A stretch of 64,000 nucleotides of DNA from Bacteroidales bacterium (GTDB taxonomy: Bacteria > Bacteroidota > Bacteroidia > Bacteroidales > WCHB1-69): assembly GCA_045132055.1 (NCBI GenBank), contig JBGURP010000012.1, positions 21,202 to 85,201 on the forward strand, written 5' to 3'. The notes under the pieces are model-generated. The model saw only the letters and a program-made list of their open reading frames with translations. It was not told the origin of the DNA and did not search any database. Made by a program: the position numbers and the translations under genes. Below, in pieces: positions 19,604 through 29,755 of this stretch (position 1 is its first letter; each line of letters begins with the position of its first letter).

Positions 19604-22501
19604 ATGAAGCAGGGTGTAAGTAAAGTGTTCCTGATTGCGCTGGCATTTTTATTGTCAGCGGCATCGGTATTTGCGCAGTCGCGGGCCGAGGAGATGCTCT
19701 CCAAGATGACGTTGGAGGAGAAAATCGCGCAGCTGATGATTGTGCGCGTGAGTTCCACAGGCACGGCGGCGGAGACCAAGGCCATGCTGGACGACATTGC
19801 GCGCTACCAGCCCGGTGGCGTGTGCTTCTTCAAGGGTGGGCCCGTGCGCGAGGCTGCCCTCACCAACCAGATGCAAGCGCTCAGCAAAGTGCCGCTCCTC
19901 GTCTCCATCGACGGCGAGTGGGGCCCGAACATGCGCCTCGACAGTTGCTCCGCATTCCCACGCCAGATGACACTGGGTGCCTTGTCGGCAGAAAATGATC
20001 CGCTTATCTACCAGATGGGCCTCGAGGTAGCCGCCCAGTGTAAAGCCATTGGCATCAACCTCAACTTCGCCCCCTGTATCGACATCAACAACAACGCCAA
20101 AAACCCCGTCATCAACAGCCGCTCCTTCGGGGAGGACCGCGACAAGGTCTTCCACAAGGCCAATCTCTACCTTCAAGGTATGATGGACGGAGGTATCATC
20201 GGCTGTATCAAGCACTTCCCGGGGCATGGAGATACCGAAACCGACTCGCATCTTGGGCTTCCCGTCATCAAGAAAAGCCGAGCCGAACTGGACGAACTGG
20301 AACTCTATCCCTACCGTCAGTTCATCAACGAAGGTGTGGACCTGATCATGGCGGCTCACCTCAACATTCCTGCCCTCGACAGCAGCCGCAATTCGGTCTC
20401 CTCGCACTCCTACCCCATCGTAACCGAACTGCTGAAAAACGAATACGGCTACACGGGCATGATTATCACCGACGGCTTGGAGATGCAAGGTGTCCGCAAG
20501 CACAACCGCTTCGAAGGCGATGTGGAAATTAAGGCCCTGCTGGCCGGCGTGGACATTTTGCTGCTGCCCGACAAGCCCGGCTTGGCCATCCAAGCCATCA
20601 AAACCGCCGTTGATAGCGGGCTTATCCCCATTGAGCTCATCAACGAACGATGCCTCAGGGTTTTGAATTTTAAAGATTACAAGGGTGTATTAGACAGCAA
20701 ACCCGTTGACCTCACCGCCATCCCGCAAGCCATCGCTACTTCCAATGCTATCGATATCAATGACAAGCTGGAACAAAAAGCCCTGACTTTGCTGAAAAAC
20801 GAGCAAATCCTGCCCCTGGAACAGACTTCTTGCTCCGACAGCATGGCTTTTCTCTGTATCGGTCGCAGCGAATACCAAAAAGAATACAAGGAGATTGTAA
20901 AACACTATGGGTTAGCGTACGTTTGGCAAGACAAAAGTATTTCCGATAAAACCAAAGCCACTGTCTGCAAGCAGATTACAGACAAACTTGCCCCCTACTC
21001 GACCGTCATCATCGCCTACGGTGGCTCTAATCAGATGGCCAGCAAAAAATATGGTACCGATGAGAATGTCATCGCCCTCCTAAACCAAATCGCCAAGAAT
21101 AAGAAAACGATATTGGTACATCTGGGCAATCCATACGCGCTCAACTATTTCGGTTCCACCCAGGATTACAAAGCGCTGATGGTTGCCTATCAGTTCACGC
21201 CCAGTACGCTGAAATCCGCGTTAGAAGCTTGTTTCGGAGAGATTGCCTGCGAGGGCACGCTTCCCGTTTCCATCAACGAGTACCCAAGTGGCACAGGTCT
21301 CACCCACACCCAATCCGACACCAACTTCTCACTGCTGCCTGAAGCCTGCACCAAGCAAATAGACAATCTGCTCCAGCAAGGCATTCGCGACAAAGTCTAT
21401 CCAGGATGTGTAGTGTTAGCCATGCAGGACGGGCAACTCATCTACCGGAAAGCCTTTGGTTACTACACCTACGACCAACAGGATGAGGTGACCGCGAACA
21501 CGATGTACGATGTGGCCTCCATCACTAAAACCGCTGCCACCACCCTGGCGGTAATGAAATTGTACGATGAGGACAAAATCAAGCTGCACGACCACATCGG
21601 CGAGTTTCTGCCCTATTTGCACGGCACCAACAAGGCACATATCTCGCTGGAGGAATTGCTGACGCACACCTCCGGACTGCCCGCCTTCATCCCCTTCTAC
21701 ACCAAAATCCAGAACGACACGAATTACTTGCGCAACGAGTGGTCTCCGGACTTTTCCATCAAGGTGGCCGACAACCTCTATCTGCGCAACGACTACCCCG
21801 ACACCATGCGCCACACCATCGCCCACTGCAGATTAGGCAGTCATCAATATCTATACAGCGACCTCAACATGGTGTTGCTGAAAGACATGGTAGAAACTAT
21901 CACAGGGCAGCCGATGGACAGTTTCCTGATGGAGCATTTTTATGGTCCTATGGGGCTGAGCCACACCTGTTTCAATCCGCTGGAGCACGGCTTCGTCAAG
22001 TCGGAGATTGCGCCCACGGAGAAGGACGAGACCTTCCGCAAGCAGGTGGTACAGGGCTATGTGCACGACCAGACCGCCGCACTGTTTTACGGCAATGCGG
22101 GCGACGCGGGCCTGTTCACCACCGCTGAAGATCTGGCCGCCATCTACCAGATGTTGCTGAACGGCGGCAAATATAATGGCAAACGCTATTTTTCGGAGAG
22201 AACGGTTGACCTGTTCACATCTACCCACCCACAGCACGGGTGCGAGGTGCGCGGGCTCGGGTTCCACACGCCCAAGCATCCCGGCAGCAGCAGCATCGTG
22301 CCCGCCAAGGCCAGCAAGAAAACCTTCGGACACCAGGGCTTTACTGGCACAGTGGTGTGGTGCGACCCCGACAGCCGACTCATCTACGTGTTCCTCTCCA
22401 ACCGCGTTTATCCTACCTGCTATCCCAACAAATTGTCACAGAGCGGCATACGGTTGAAGGCACATGAGATAATATATCAGGGGACAGGGAACAGTGATTA
22501 G
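19604..22501 (+). CDS. GH3 beta-N-acetylglucosaminidase fused to a serine beta-lactamase-family domain
   Basis: MTLEEKIAQL, IDGEWG, RSFGE, KHFPGHG, IITDGLEM; C-terminal ASITK (SxxK), LLTHTSG, YSD, GHQGFTG. Confidence 0.92.
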   Translation: MKQGVSKVFLIALAFLLSAASVFAQSRAEEMLSKMTLEEKIAQLMIVRVSSTGTAAETKAMLDDIARYQPGGVCFFKGGPVREAALTNQMQALSKVPLLVSIDGEWGPNMRLDSCSAFPRQMTLGALSAENDPLIYQMGLEVAAQCKAIGINLNFAPCIDINNNAKNPVINSRSFGEDRDKVFHKANLYLQGMMDGGIIGCIKHFPGHGDTETDSHLGLPVIKKSRAELDELELYPYRQFINEGVDLIMAAHLNIPALDSSRNSVSSHSYPIVTELLKNEYGYTGMIITDGLEMQGVRKHNRFEGDVEIKALLAGVDILLLPDKPGLAIQAIKTAVDSGLIPIELINERCLRVLNFKDYKGVLDSKPVDLTAIPQAIATSNAIDINDKLEQKALTLLKNEQILPLEQTSCSDSMAFLCIGRSEYQKEYKEIVKHYGLAYVWQDKSISDKTKATVCKQITDKLAPYSTVIIAYGGSNQMASKKYGTDENVIALLNQIAKNKKTILVHLGNPYALNYFGSTQDYKALMVAYQFTPSTLKSALEACFGEIACEGTLPVSINEYPSGTGLTHTQSDTNFSLLPEACTKQIDNLLQQGIRDKVYPGCVVLAMQDGQLIYRKAFGYYTYDQQDEVTANTMYDVASITKTAATTLAVMKLYDEDKIKLHDHIGEFLPYLHGTNKAHISLEELLTHTSGLPAFIPFYTKIQNDTNYLRNEWSPDFSIKVADNLYLRNDYPDTMRHTIAHCRLGSHQYLYSDLNMVLLKDMVETITGQPMDSFLMEHFYGPMGLSHTCFNPLEHGFVKSEIAPTEKDETFRKQVVQGYVHDQTAALFYGNAGDAGLFTTAEDLAAIYQMLLNGGKYNGKRYFSERTVDLFTSTHPQHGCEVRGLGFHTPKHPGSSSIVPAKASKKTFGHQGFTGTVVWCDPDSRLIYVFLSNRVYPTCYPNKLSQSGIRLKAHEIIYQGTGNSD

Positions 22502-22535
22502 GGAACAGTGAATTGAAAATTGAAAATTGAGAATT
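22481..22535. repeat. 7-nt tandem array drifting from GGAACAG to AAAATTG units; encodes the GH3 C-terminus and stop
   Basis: gggacag ggaacag tgattag ggaacag tgaattg aaaattg aaaattg agaatt, directly followed by the tsaB ATG. Confidence 0.85.
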
Positions 22536-23231
22536 ATGGAACCGATTTTACTGCATATAGAGACTGCGACGGATGTGTGCTCGGTGGCATTGACACAGGG
22601 CGCAGAGGTGCTGGGCGTGTGCGAGAGCGCGGACGGCAACTCCCACTCCAAGAACATCCTTCCGTTCATCGACCAAGTATTGCGTGAGAACGGGAAAACC
22701 ACTGCCGACTTGCAAGGCATTGTGGTGAGCATCGGGCCGGGCTCCTACACGGGCTTGCGCATCGGTGTTTCCACCGCCAAAGGCATGGCCTATTCGCTCG
22801 GCATTCCTGTCATTACGGTCAGCACGCTGGAGAGCATTGCGCATGGCGCGAAACTGCACGCCGGAGCATGCAACTGCGACATCGTGCCTATGATTGACGC
22901 ACGGCGGATGGAGGTGTTTGCGGCAAGATACGACAGCGACATGAACTTGCTGGATGAGGTGGCTGCCGTCATTGTGGATGAGAACGCCTATTCGGAACTT
23001 TTGCAGAAAAAAGAAGTTCTATTTTGCGGCAATGGAATGCCTAAATGCAAGGAATTGTTGTCCCAATTCCCGAACGCCCGTTTTGCCGATTTTACCTTGT
23101 CGGCGCAATACATGTTGCCAGCGGCGTTGAAAAAATGGGAAGCCAAGGATTTTGCCGACACTGCCTATTTCGAGCCCTTCTATTTGAAAGAGTACGTGGC
23201 CGGGAAGCCCAATGTAAAAGGATTGCACTAA
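22536..23231 (+). CDS. tsaB: tRNA threonylcarbamoyladenosine biosynthesis protein TsaB
   Basis: IETATDVCSVAL, GPGSYTGLRIG, IDARRMEV, FEPFYLK. Confidence 0.95.
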   Translation: MEPILLHIETATDVCSVALTQGAEVLGVCESADGNSHSKNILPFIDQVLRENGKTTADLQGIVVSIGPGSYTGLRIGVSTAKGMAYSLGIPVITVSTLESIAHGAKLHAGACNCDIVPMIDARRMEVFAARYDSDMNLLDEVAAVIVDENAYSELLQKKEVLFCGNGMPKCKELLSQFPNARFADFTLSAQYMLPAALKKWEAKDFADTAYFEPFYLKEYVAGKPNVKGLH

Positions 23232-23237
23232 ACGATT

Positions 23238-24086
23238 ATGGAAATCAACGAGCCCATCGACCAGCAGAAGAAGCTGAACATCATAGCCATTGCCGACGAT
23301 TCCGAGTACGGCACTTCGGCGGTGTGCTACGGCGGAATGCTGGCCGCTGTGTTCCGTGCCTCCCTCACGGTGGTCACTAAGTTCGACTTCACGCTGGAGG
23401 AGCGCAAGGGGCGGTTCAACGCCGAGCGCGTGCTCCAGAATGTGCAGCAACTCCTCGCCCACGACATCGAAACCATCCTGCTCACCGACTTCTTCTTCCC
23501 CGAGCGACTGTATCATTACGCCGAGGAGACCAACACCATCATGTTTGTCATCGGGGTGGATGGCGAGGAAAAACAGGGCTTTTTCGACAAACGGAAGGCC
23601 ATGCGGTTCATCAAGCCCTCGCGCCTGCCCGTGATGACGGTGGGGAAAAAGTTGCCGGAAAAGGATGTGTTCCAGCATGTGCTGCTGCCGTTGGACATTG
23701 AGCGGCAAGCCAAGGAGAAAGCCTTGTGGGCGGGCTATTTCAGCCGCTTTTACCAAGCCACCATCCATATCATCGCACCGCGTTACAAAGACAGCGGCTT
23801 GCAAAAGCAGGTGAGCGACAACATCGCCTTTGTGGAGAAATTGTACAAGAACCTGGAGATTGGCTACACCATCCACGAAGTTGCGCCAACGAGCGATATC
23901 GACCGCTACTCCATTGAGTATGCGCCGGAGGTCGGCGCCTCGCTCACGGTCATCATGATGACCAAGTACCTCACACCTGCCACACTGCTCACAGGCAAGC
24001 GCGAAAAGAAAATCATCGGCAACCCGCAGCAATTCCCCGTGCTCTGCATCAACCAGCGGGATGATCTGTATGTGTTGTGCACGTAG
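23238..24086 (+). CDS. Tandem universal stress protein
   Basis: Two USP-like halves, PVMTV and VLLPLD motifs, C-terminal PVLCIN. Confidence 0.7.
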   Translation: MEINEPIDQQKKLNIIAIADDSEYGTSAVCYGGMLAAVFRASLTVVTKFDFTLEERKGRFNAERVLQNVQQLLAHDIETILLTDFFFPERLYHYAEETNTIMFVIGVDGEEKQGFFDKRKAMRFIKPSRLPVMTVGKKLPEKDVFQHVLLPLDIERQAKEKALWAGYFSRFYQATIHIIAPRYKDSGLQKQVSDNIAFVEKLYKNLEIGYTIHEVAPTSDIDRYSIEYAPEVGASLTVIMMTKYLTPATLLTGKREKKIIGNPQQFPVLCINQRDDLYVLCT

Positions 24087-24088
24087 GA

Positions 24089-24246
24089 GGGGTGCAAGAG
24101 GTGAAAGAGGTACAAGGGATGGCTGCTGGAGGCAGCTTCCTCTTCCTGCAACTTCACACGGGAGTGTGAAGTTGCCCTAAAGAAGGTGCTGCCTCTGGCA
24201 GCCCTCTATAGAATCCCCTTTTGCCCTCCCTTACTCCATTTACCCC
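24089..24246. repeat. Long nested hairpin (24121-24203) flanked by inverted 9-nt arrays
   Basis: Outer arms ggctgctggaggcagc / gctgcctctggcagcc; inner perfect 12-bp stem gcaacttcacac-ggga-gtgtgaagttgc; 9-mers at 24089-24115 and reverse 9-mers at 24219-24246. Confidence 0.8.
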
Positions 24247-24255
24247 GATTTTTTG

Positions 24256-24263
24256 TATCTTTG
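24256..24263 (+). promoter_or_regulatory. -7 box (TATCTTTG) for recG
   Basis: Consensus match 30 nt upstream of the ATG. Confidence 0.65.
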
Positions 24264-24293
24264 CACCCTAAACAATAAAAGCACGCCCCGACC

Positions 24294-26411
24294 ATGACAA
24301 CAACCGACCATGACATTCTCCAAACACCGATAGAGTTCCTGAAAGGAGTGGGACCGAAGCGCGCCGAGGTGCTGCGCAAGGAGTTTGATATCAGCACCTT
24401 CAACGACCTGCTCCACTATTATCCCTACCGGCACATCGACAAGTCGCATGTATATCATGTGGCCGACATCGTCGAGGACGGCAGCTACATCCAGCTGCGC
24501 GGGCGCATCACCAATGCGCAGGTGGTGGGCCAGCAGCGCGCCAAACGGCTCACGGCGCAGTTTTCCGATGAAACCGGCAGCATCGACCTCGTTTGGTTCA
24601 ACGGCATCAAGTGGGTGCAGGACACCATCCAGAGCAAGCAGGAGTTCATCATCTTCGGCAAGCCAACCGTCTTCAACGGCCGCTGGAACATGACCCACCC
24701 CGAGATGATCGACCCGAACGCGCAAAGCGACTCGCCCGTGCCCATGCGCTTCCAGCCGCTGTATAACACCTCCGACTTTGCCAAGAAGAAGACTTTGGAC
24801 TCCAAGGCCATTTCCAAGTTGGTGGCCAACCTGCTGCCCATCGTGCACGATGTCATTCCGGAAACACTGCCCGATGACATGCTCAACAACCTCAAGCTGA
24901 TGCCATTGAAAGACGCGCTGTGCCAAATCCACTATCCGTCCAGCAACCAGGACCTGTCACGTGCCTCACTCCGACTCAAGTTTGACGAGTTGTTTTTTAC
25001 CCAACTCAAAATGCTGTTGCTGAAACAGATCAACACCAAGCGCATCAAAGGCCATGTATTCAGCCAGGTAGGCGATTATTTCAACACTTTCTACAAACAG
25101 TACCTTCCCTTTGAACTGACCAACGCGCAAAAACGGGTCATCAAGGAGATACGCGCTGACTTGGGCAGCGGGCACCAGATGAACCGCCTCTTGCAAGGCG
25201 ATGTGGGCAGCGGCAAGACCATCATTGCACTCTTTATCATGCTGATAGCCAAGGACAACCAGTATCAGTCGTGCCTGATGGCACCAACCGAGATTCTGGC
25301 CACGCAGCATTATGAGAAGATCAGCAAGCAGGTGGCACCATTGGGGTTGCGCGTGGAGTTCCTGTCGGGTTCCACCAAGACAGCCAAGCGCCGGCAGATT
25401 TTAGAAGGCTTGCAGAATGGCGATGTGGATATCCTCATCGGCACTCACGCGCTCATTGAGGACAATGTGCAGTTCAAAAACTTGGGACTGGTAGTGATTG
25501 ACGAGCAGCACCGCTTCGGTGTGGAGCAGCGCGCCAAGCTATGGCGCAAGAACACCATCCCCCCGCATGTGCTCGTGATGACCGCCACGCCCATCCCACG
25601 CACCCTCGCCATGACGCTCTACGGCGATCTCGACATCTCCGTCATTGACGAGCTGCCACAAGGCCGTAAACCCATCATAACCAAACATCTATACGAAAAA
25701 GACCGCCTCAAACTCTTCGGTTTTATGAAAAAGCAAATCGAAGAAGGCAGGCAGGTGTTCATGGTCTATCCGCTGATTCAAGAGTCGGAGAAAATGGACT
25801 TGCTGGATCTGATGGCGGGCTACGAGGCCATCGAGCGCGCCTTCCCGCCGCCGAAGTACGGCATTGGCGTGGTGCATGGCAAAATGAAGGCCGAGGACAA
25901 GGACTTCGAGATGCAACGGTTCATCAAGAAGCAGTCGCAAATTCTGCTCTCCACCACGGTCATCGAGGTGGGCATCGACGTGCCCAACGCCACGGTGATG
26001 GTGATTGAGAACGCCGAGCGGTTCGGGCTCTCGCAGTTGCACCAGTTGCGCGGGCGCGTGGGCAGGGGCGGAAACCAGTCCTACTGCATCCTCATGTCCA
26101 AATACGAACTCAGCACCGACGGCCGGAAACGACTCAAGGCCATGGTGGAAACCAACGACGGCTTCGAGATTGCCAACTACGACCTGCAGCTGCGCGGGCC
26201 GGGCGACATCCAAGGCACACAGCAGAGCGGCATGCTCGACTTCAAAATCGCCGACATCGTAAAAGACGAGAAGCTAGTGGCTTACACCCGCAACCTGGCT
26301 ATGCAAGTCTTGGACAACGACCCGGAACTCCGCAAACCCGAGCACGTGCGCCTCGCCACCACCGTAGCCAAACTCATGCAACGTGAGACCAACTGGAGCG
26401 TCATCAGCTGA
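24294..26411 (+). CDS. recG: ATP-dependent DNA helicase RecG
   Basis: LKGVGPKRA, QGDVGSGKT, DEQHRFG, MTATPIPRT, QLRGRVGRG, RGPG. Confidence 0.98.
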   Translation: MTTTDHDILQTPIEFLKGVGPKRAEVLRKEFDISTFNDLLHYYPYRHIDKSHVYHVADIVEDGSYIQLRGRITNAQVVGQQRAKRLTAQFSDETGSIDLVWFNGIKWVQDTIQSKQEFIIFGKPTVFNGRWNMTHPEMIDPNAQSDSPVPMRFQPLYNTSDFAKKKTLDSKAISKLVANLLPIVHDVIPETLPDDMLNNLKLMPLKDALCQIHYPSSNQDLSRASLRLKFDELFFTQLKMLLLKQINTKRIKGHVFSQVGDYFNTFYKQYLPFELTNAQKRVIKEIRADLGSGHQMNRLLQGDVGSGKTIIALFIMLIAKDNQYQSCLMAPTEILATQHYEKISKQVAPLGLRVEFLSGSTKTAKRRQILEGLQNGDVDILIGTHALIEDNVQFKNLGLVVIDEQHRFGVEQRAKLWRKNTIPPHVLVMTATPIPRTLAMTLYGDLDISVIDELPQGRKPIITKHLYEKDRLKLFGFMKKQIEEGRQVFMVYPLIQESEKMDLLDLMAGYEAIERAFPPPKYGIGVVHGKMKAEDKDFEMQRFIKKQSQILLSTTVIEVGIDVPNATVMVIENAERFGLSQLHQLRGRVGRGGNQSYCILMSKYELSTDGRKRLKAMVETNDGFEIANYDLQLRGPGDIQGTQQSGMLDFKIADIVKDEKLVAYTRNLAMQVLDNDPELRKPEHVRLATTVAKLMQRETNWSVIS

Positions 26412-26493
26412 CAAAACCAAGGCTTTTCTTCCCTAAAGTATCAACAATCGGCAAGTTTCATACATATAATATAATTTGTATGGAAAAAAAGTG

Positions 26494-26501
26494 TATATTT
26501 G
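26494..26501 (+). promoter_or_regulatory. -7 box (TATATTTG) for fusA2
   Basis: Consensus match; an imperfect palindrome tttcataca...tgtatggaa lies immediately upstream. Confidence 0.6.
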
Positions 26502-26555
26502 CCGCCCTTAAAAAATAATAACAAGCATTTATCAATCAAATAATTAAAATCACCG

Positions 26556-28685
26556 ATGAAAGTTTATCAAACAAAAGAAATCAGAAACATTGCCTTGATA
26601 GGCGGTAACCGTGTGGGTAAAACCACGTTAGCCGAAGCTATGGCATTCCACGGAGGCGTAGTGAGCAGAAGAGGTACCGTAGAGGACAAGAATACCATTT
26701 CCGACTACCGTGACGTCGAATTGGAAAGACAACAATCCATCCAAAGCACCGTAATGTATGCCGAATTCGAGGGCAAGAAAATCAATATGATCGACTGTCC
26801 CGGTTTTGATGACTTCATTGGTGAGACCATCGGCGCTTTGAGAGTCATGGACACCGCTTTGATGGTGATCAACTCCCAGAACGGCGTGGACGTGGGCGCA
26901 GAAATCCAATGGCGTCGCACCAAAGAAATGCACGTTCCTGTGATGTTCGTCGTGAACCAACTCGACCACGAGAAAGCCAACTTCGACGAGACTTTGCATC
27001 AGCTCAAGGAATACTTCGGCGGCAGCGTGATGCCGTTCCAGTATCCCGTCAACGCCGGCGTCGGCTTCGACTCCGTCATTGACCTGCTGCAAATGAAGCT
27101 CCTCAAGTTCCCTGCCAACGGTGGCAAGATGGTAGTGGAAGACATTCCCGCCGACCAAGCCGACAAGGCTGAGGAGATGCACAGCGCTTTGATCGAGGCT
27201 GCTGCTGAGAACGACGAAGCCCTCATGGACAAATTCTTCGAGGAAGGCACCCTTTCTGAAGACGACATGATCAAAGGTTTGAAACTCGGTATCGCCAACC
27301 GCGGCACCTTCCCGGTGATTTGCGTTTCCGCCAAGGCTGACCAAGGCATCGACCGTCTCATGGACCTCATCGTCAAGAACTGCCCCACCCCGGACGAGGC
27401 TCCTGCAATGAAAGCCACCAACGGCAACGAGCACAAGTGCAACGCCGCTGAACCTTTCGTGGGTTACGTGTTCAAGACCGCTATCGAGCAACACCTCGGC
27501 GAGGTTGCCTTCATCAAAATCGCTGACGGTGAAGTTTCAAAGGCTGCCGACCTTACCAATAACAACACCAACACCAAGGAGAGAATCTCCCAGCTGTTAG
27601 TGTTCGCCGGCAAGAACAGAGTGGAAGTTGACAAGGCTGTGGCTGGTGACATCATCGCCACCATCAAGCTGAAATCCACCCCGACGGGCACCACGCTGGT
27701 TGCCAAGGGTGATGACATCATCGAACCGACAACTTATCCGGATCCCAAATTCCGTACCGCCGTGCGCGCCAAGAACAGCGCCGATGATGAAAAACTCGGC
27801 CAGGTGCTCAACGAGATCCGCAAGACTGACCCGACCTTCCTGATGGAACAATCCAAGGAATTGAAGCAGATGATCATCTCCGGTCAGGGCGAGCAACACC
27901 TCAACATCGTGAAATGGATGATTGAGAAGTTGAACAAGATTGAAGTTGAATACTACGCTCCGAAGATCCCGTATCGCGAGACCATCACCAAGTCCGCTGA
28001 GGCTATGTATCGTCATAAAAAGCAATCCGGTGGTTCTGGTCAATTCGGCGAGGTGCACATGCTCATCGAGTCCTACTACGAGGGTATGCCTACCCAGACC
28101 AAATACCCGATCCGTGCCACGGAAACTTACGATCTGCCTTGGGGCGGCAAGCTCATCTACAACAACTGTATCGTGGGTGGTGCCATCGACGCACGCTTCA
28201 TGCCCGCTATCCTCAAGGGTATCATGGAGAAGATGGAAGAGGGTCCGCTGACCGGTTCTTACGCCCGCGACATCGTGGTGAACATCTACGACGGTAAAAT
28301 GCACCCGGTTGACTCCAACGAGTTGGCATTCAAATTGGCCGGCCGTAACGCCTTCAAAGAGGCCTTCAAGAATGCCGGTCCGAAGATTCTGGAGCCCATC
28401 TACGATGTGGACATCTTCGTTCCTTCCGACCGTATGGGTGATGTGATGACCGACCTTCAGGGCCGTCGTGGTATCATGATGGGTATGGACGCCGAGGGTG
28501 CCTTCCAGATGATTCACGCCAAGATCCCGTTGGCTGAGATGAACAAATACTCCACCACCCTGAGCTCTATTACCTCAGGTCGTGCTTCCTACAGCATGAA
28601 GTTCGCCGAATATCAGCAAGTTTCCGCCGATGTCCAGAGCGAAATCATCAAGAAGTACGAAGAGGAGCACAAAGACGAAGAATAA
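26556..28685 (+). CDS. fusA2: Elongation factor G paralogue (EF-G2 type)
   Basis: IRNIALIG, divergent G1 GGNRVGKTT, DCPGF instead of DTPGH, KKQSGGSGQFG, domain IV insert ending LPWGGKL, strong codon bias. Confidence 0.9.
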   Translation: MKVYQTKEIRNIALIGGNRVGKTTLAEAMAFHGGVVSRRGTVEDKNTISDYRDVELERQQSIQSTVMYAEFEGKKINMIDCPGFDDFIGETIGALRVMDTALMVINSQNGVDVGAEIQWRRTKEMHVPVMFVVNQLDHEKANFDETLHQLKEYFGGSVMPFQYPVNAGVGFDSVIDLLQMKLLKFPANGGKMVVEDIPADQADKAEEMHSALIEAAAENDEALMDKFFEEGTLSEDDMIKGLKLGIANRGTFPVICVSAKADQGIDRLMDLIVKNCPTPDEAPAMKATNGNEHKCNAAEPFVGYVFKTAIEQHLGEVAFIKIADGEVSKAADLTNNNTNTKERISQLLVFAGKNRVEVDKAVAGDIIATIKLKSTPTGTTLVAKGDDIIEPTTYPDPKFRTAVRAKNSADDEKLGQVLNEIRKTDPTFLMEQSKELKQMIISGQGEQHLNIVKWMIEKLNKIEVEYYAPKIPYRETITKSAEAMYRHKKQSGGSGQFGEVHMLIESYYEGMPTQTKYPIRATETYDLPWGGKLIYNNCIVGGAIDARFMPAILKGIMEKMEEGPLTGSYARDIVVNIYDGKMHPVDSNELAFKLAGRNAFKEAFKNAGPKILEPIYDVDIFVPSDRMGDVMTDLQGRRGIMMGMDAEGAFQMIHAKIPLAEMNKYSTTLSSITSGRASYSMKFAEYQQVSADVQSEIIKKYEEEHKDEE

Positions 28686-28710
28686 TCTTTACATTATTCT
28701 TTTATACGAC

Positions 28711-28739
28711 AAAACCCGGCAGAAATGTCGGGTTTTTTT
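28711..28739 (+). terminator. Rho-independent terminator after fusA2
   Basis: aaaacccggc-agaaat-gtcgggtttt followed by a U-tract. Confidence 0.85.
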
Positions 28740-28785
28740 GTTAGTTTTGCACTTCCTTTTCACAACGTCATTTTCTATCCTTATT

Positions 28786-29169
28786 ATGAAAAAATTATTC
28801 ATTCTATTTGCTTTATTTACAATACTTTACGCTTGTAACAACAATACCCAGGCCCCTGCAAAAGAACCTCAAGCAGACCCGGCAACCGAGGCTATGCACG
28901 CAAAACAGCAGAAGGCTCAGGAAGATTGGAAAAACTGGGACAACCTCACCGATGAGCGCAAAAACGAGCTGTTGGAGGATTACAAAGCCACATACGATGA
29001 AATAAAAGCCATCAAGGAGGCACGCGAAGCACGCAAAGCCAAGTTCGAGGCCGCCATGCAGAACTGGGACAACCTCACACTCGAAGAGAAGAAAGCCGCC
29101 ATTGACCTGATGGCCCCCAACTCCGCCAAGGCAGAGCCCGTGACCACACCCGAACAAAACACAAAATAA
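28786..29169 (+). CDS. Small helical lipoprotein with two NWDNLT repeats
   Basis: ATG at 28786, lipobox LYAC, TAGTTTTG box upstream. Confidence 0.8.
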   Translation: MKKLFILFALFTILYACNNNTQAPAKEPQADPATEAMHAKQQKAQEDWKNWDNLTDERKNELLEDYKATYDEIKAIKEAREARKAKFEAAMQNWDNLTLEEKKAAIDLMAPNSAKAEPVTTPEQNTK

Positions 29170-29176
29170 TCTCAGC

Positions 29177-29743
29177 ATGAAAAGAATAGCAGTGTTCGCC
29201 AGTGGCTTCGGCTCCAACTTCCAAGCCATCATTGAAGCAGTACAACATCGCACGCTAGAGGCAGAAATCGCCCTGCTCGTGTCCGACAAGCCCACCTGCA
29301 AGGCCGTGGAGCGCGCCCAAGAGAACCATATCGACGTGTTCGCCTTCTCCTCCAAAGACTACGAGAACAAGGCCGCCTACGAAACGGCAATTTTGAAAGA
29401 ACTGCAACAACGAGGCGTGGACTACATCGTGCTGGCCGGCTACATGCGCTACATCGGCGAAGTACTGCTCAGCAACTTCCCGATGAAAATCATCAACCTG
29501 CACCCCGCACTGCTGCCCTCCTTCCCCGGCGCGCACGGCATCGCCGATGCCTTCCACCACGGCGTGAAAGTGTTCGGCATCACCATCCACTTTGTCGATG
29601 AAGGCGTCGATACCGGCAAGATCATCGACCAGTTCGCCTTCCATGCCAATGACGGCGCCACACTGGAAGACATAGAACGGCAAATCCACCAGCTGGAGCA
29701 TCAATATTTCCCCATCACCATCAATAAAGTCATCAACGCATAA
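29177..29743 (+). CDS. purN: Phosphoribosylglycinamide formyltransferase
   Basis: IAVFASGFGSNFQA, LAGYMR, NLHPALLP, HFVDEGVDTG. Confidence 0.96.
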   Translation: MKRIAVFASGFGSNFQAIIEAVQHRTLEAEIALLVSDKPTCKAVERAQENHIDVFAFSSKDYENKAAYETAILKELQQRGVDYIVLAGYMRYIGEVLLSNFPMKIINLHPALLPSFPGAHGIADAFHHGVKVFGITIHFVDEGVDTGKIIDQFAFHANDGATLEDIERQIHQLEHQYFPITINKVINA

Positions 29744-29755
29744 ATCATACACCTC

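Noticed and set aside
19604..22501. Beta-lactamase domain as an antibiotic-resistance gene
   Set aside because: The GH3 plus serine-hydrolase fusion is a common Bacteroidota architecture, more plausibly involved in peptidoglycan or glycan turnover.
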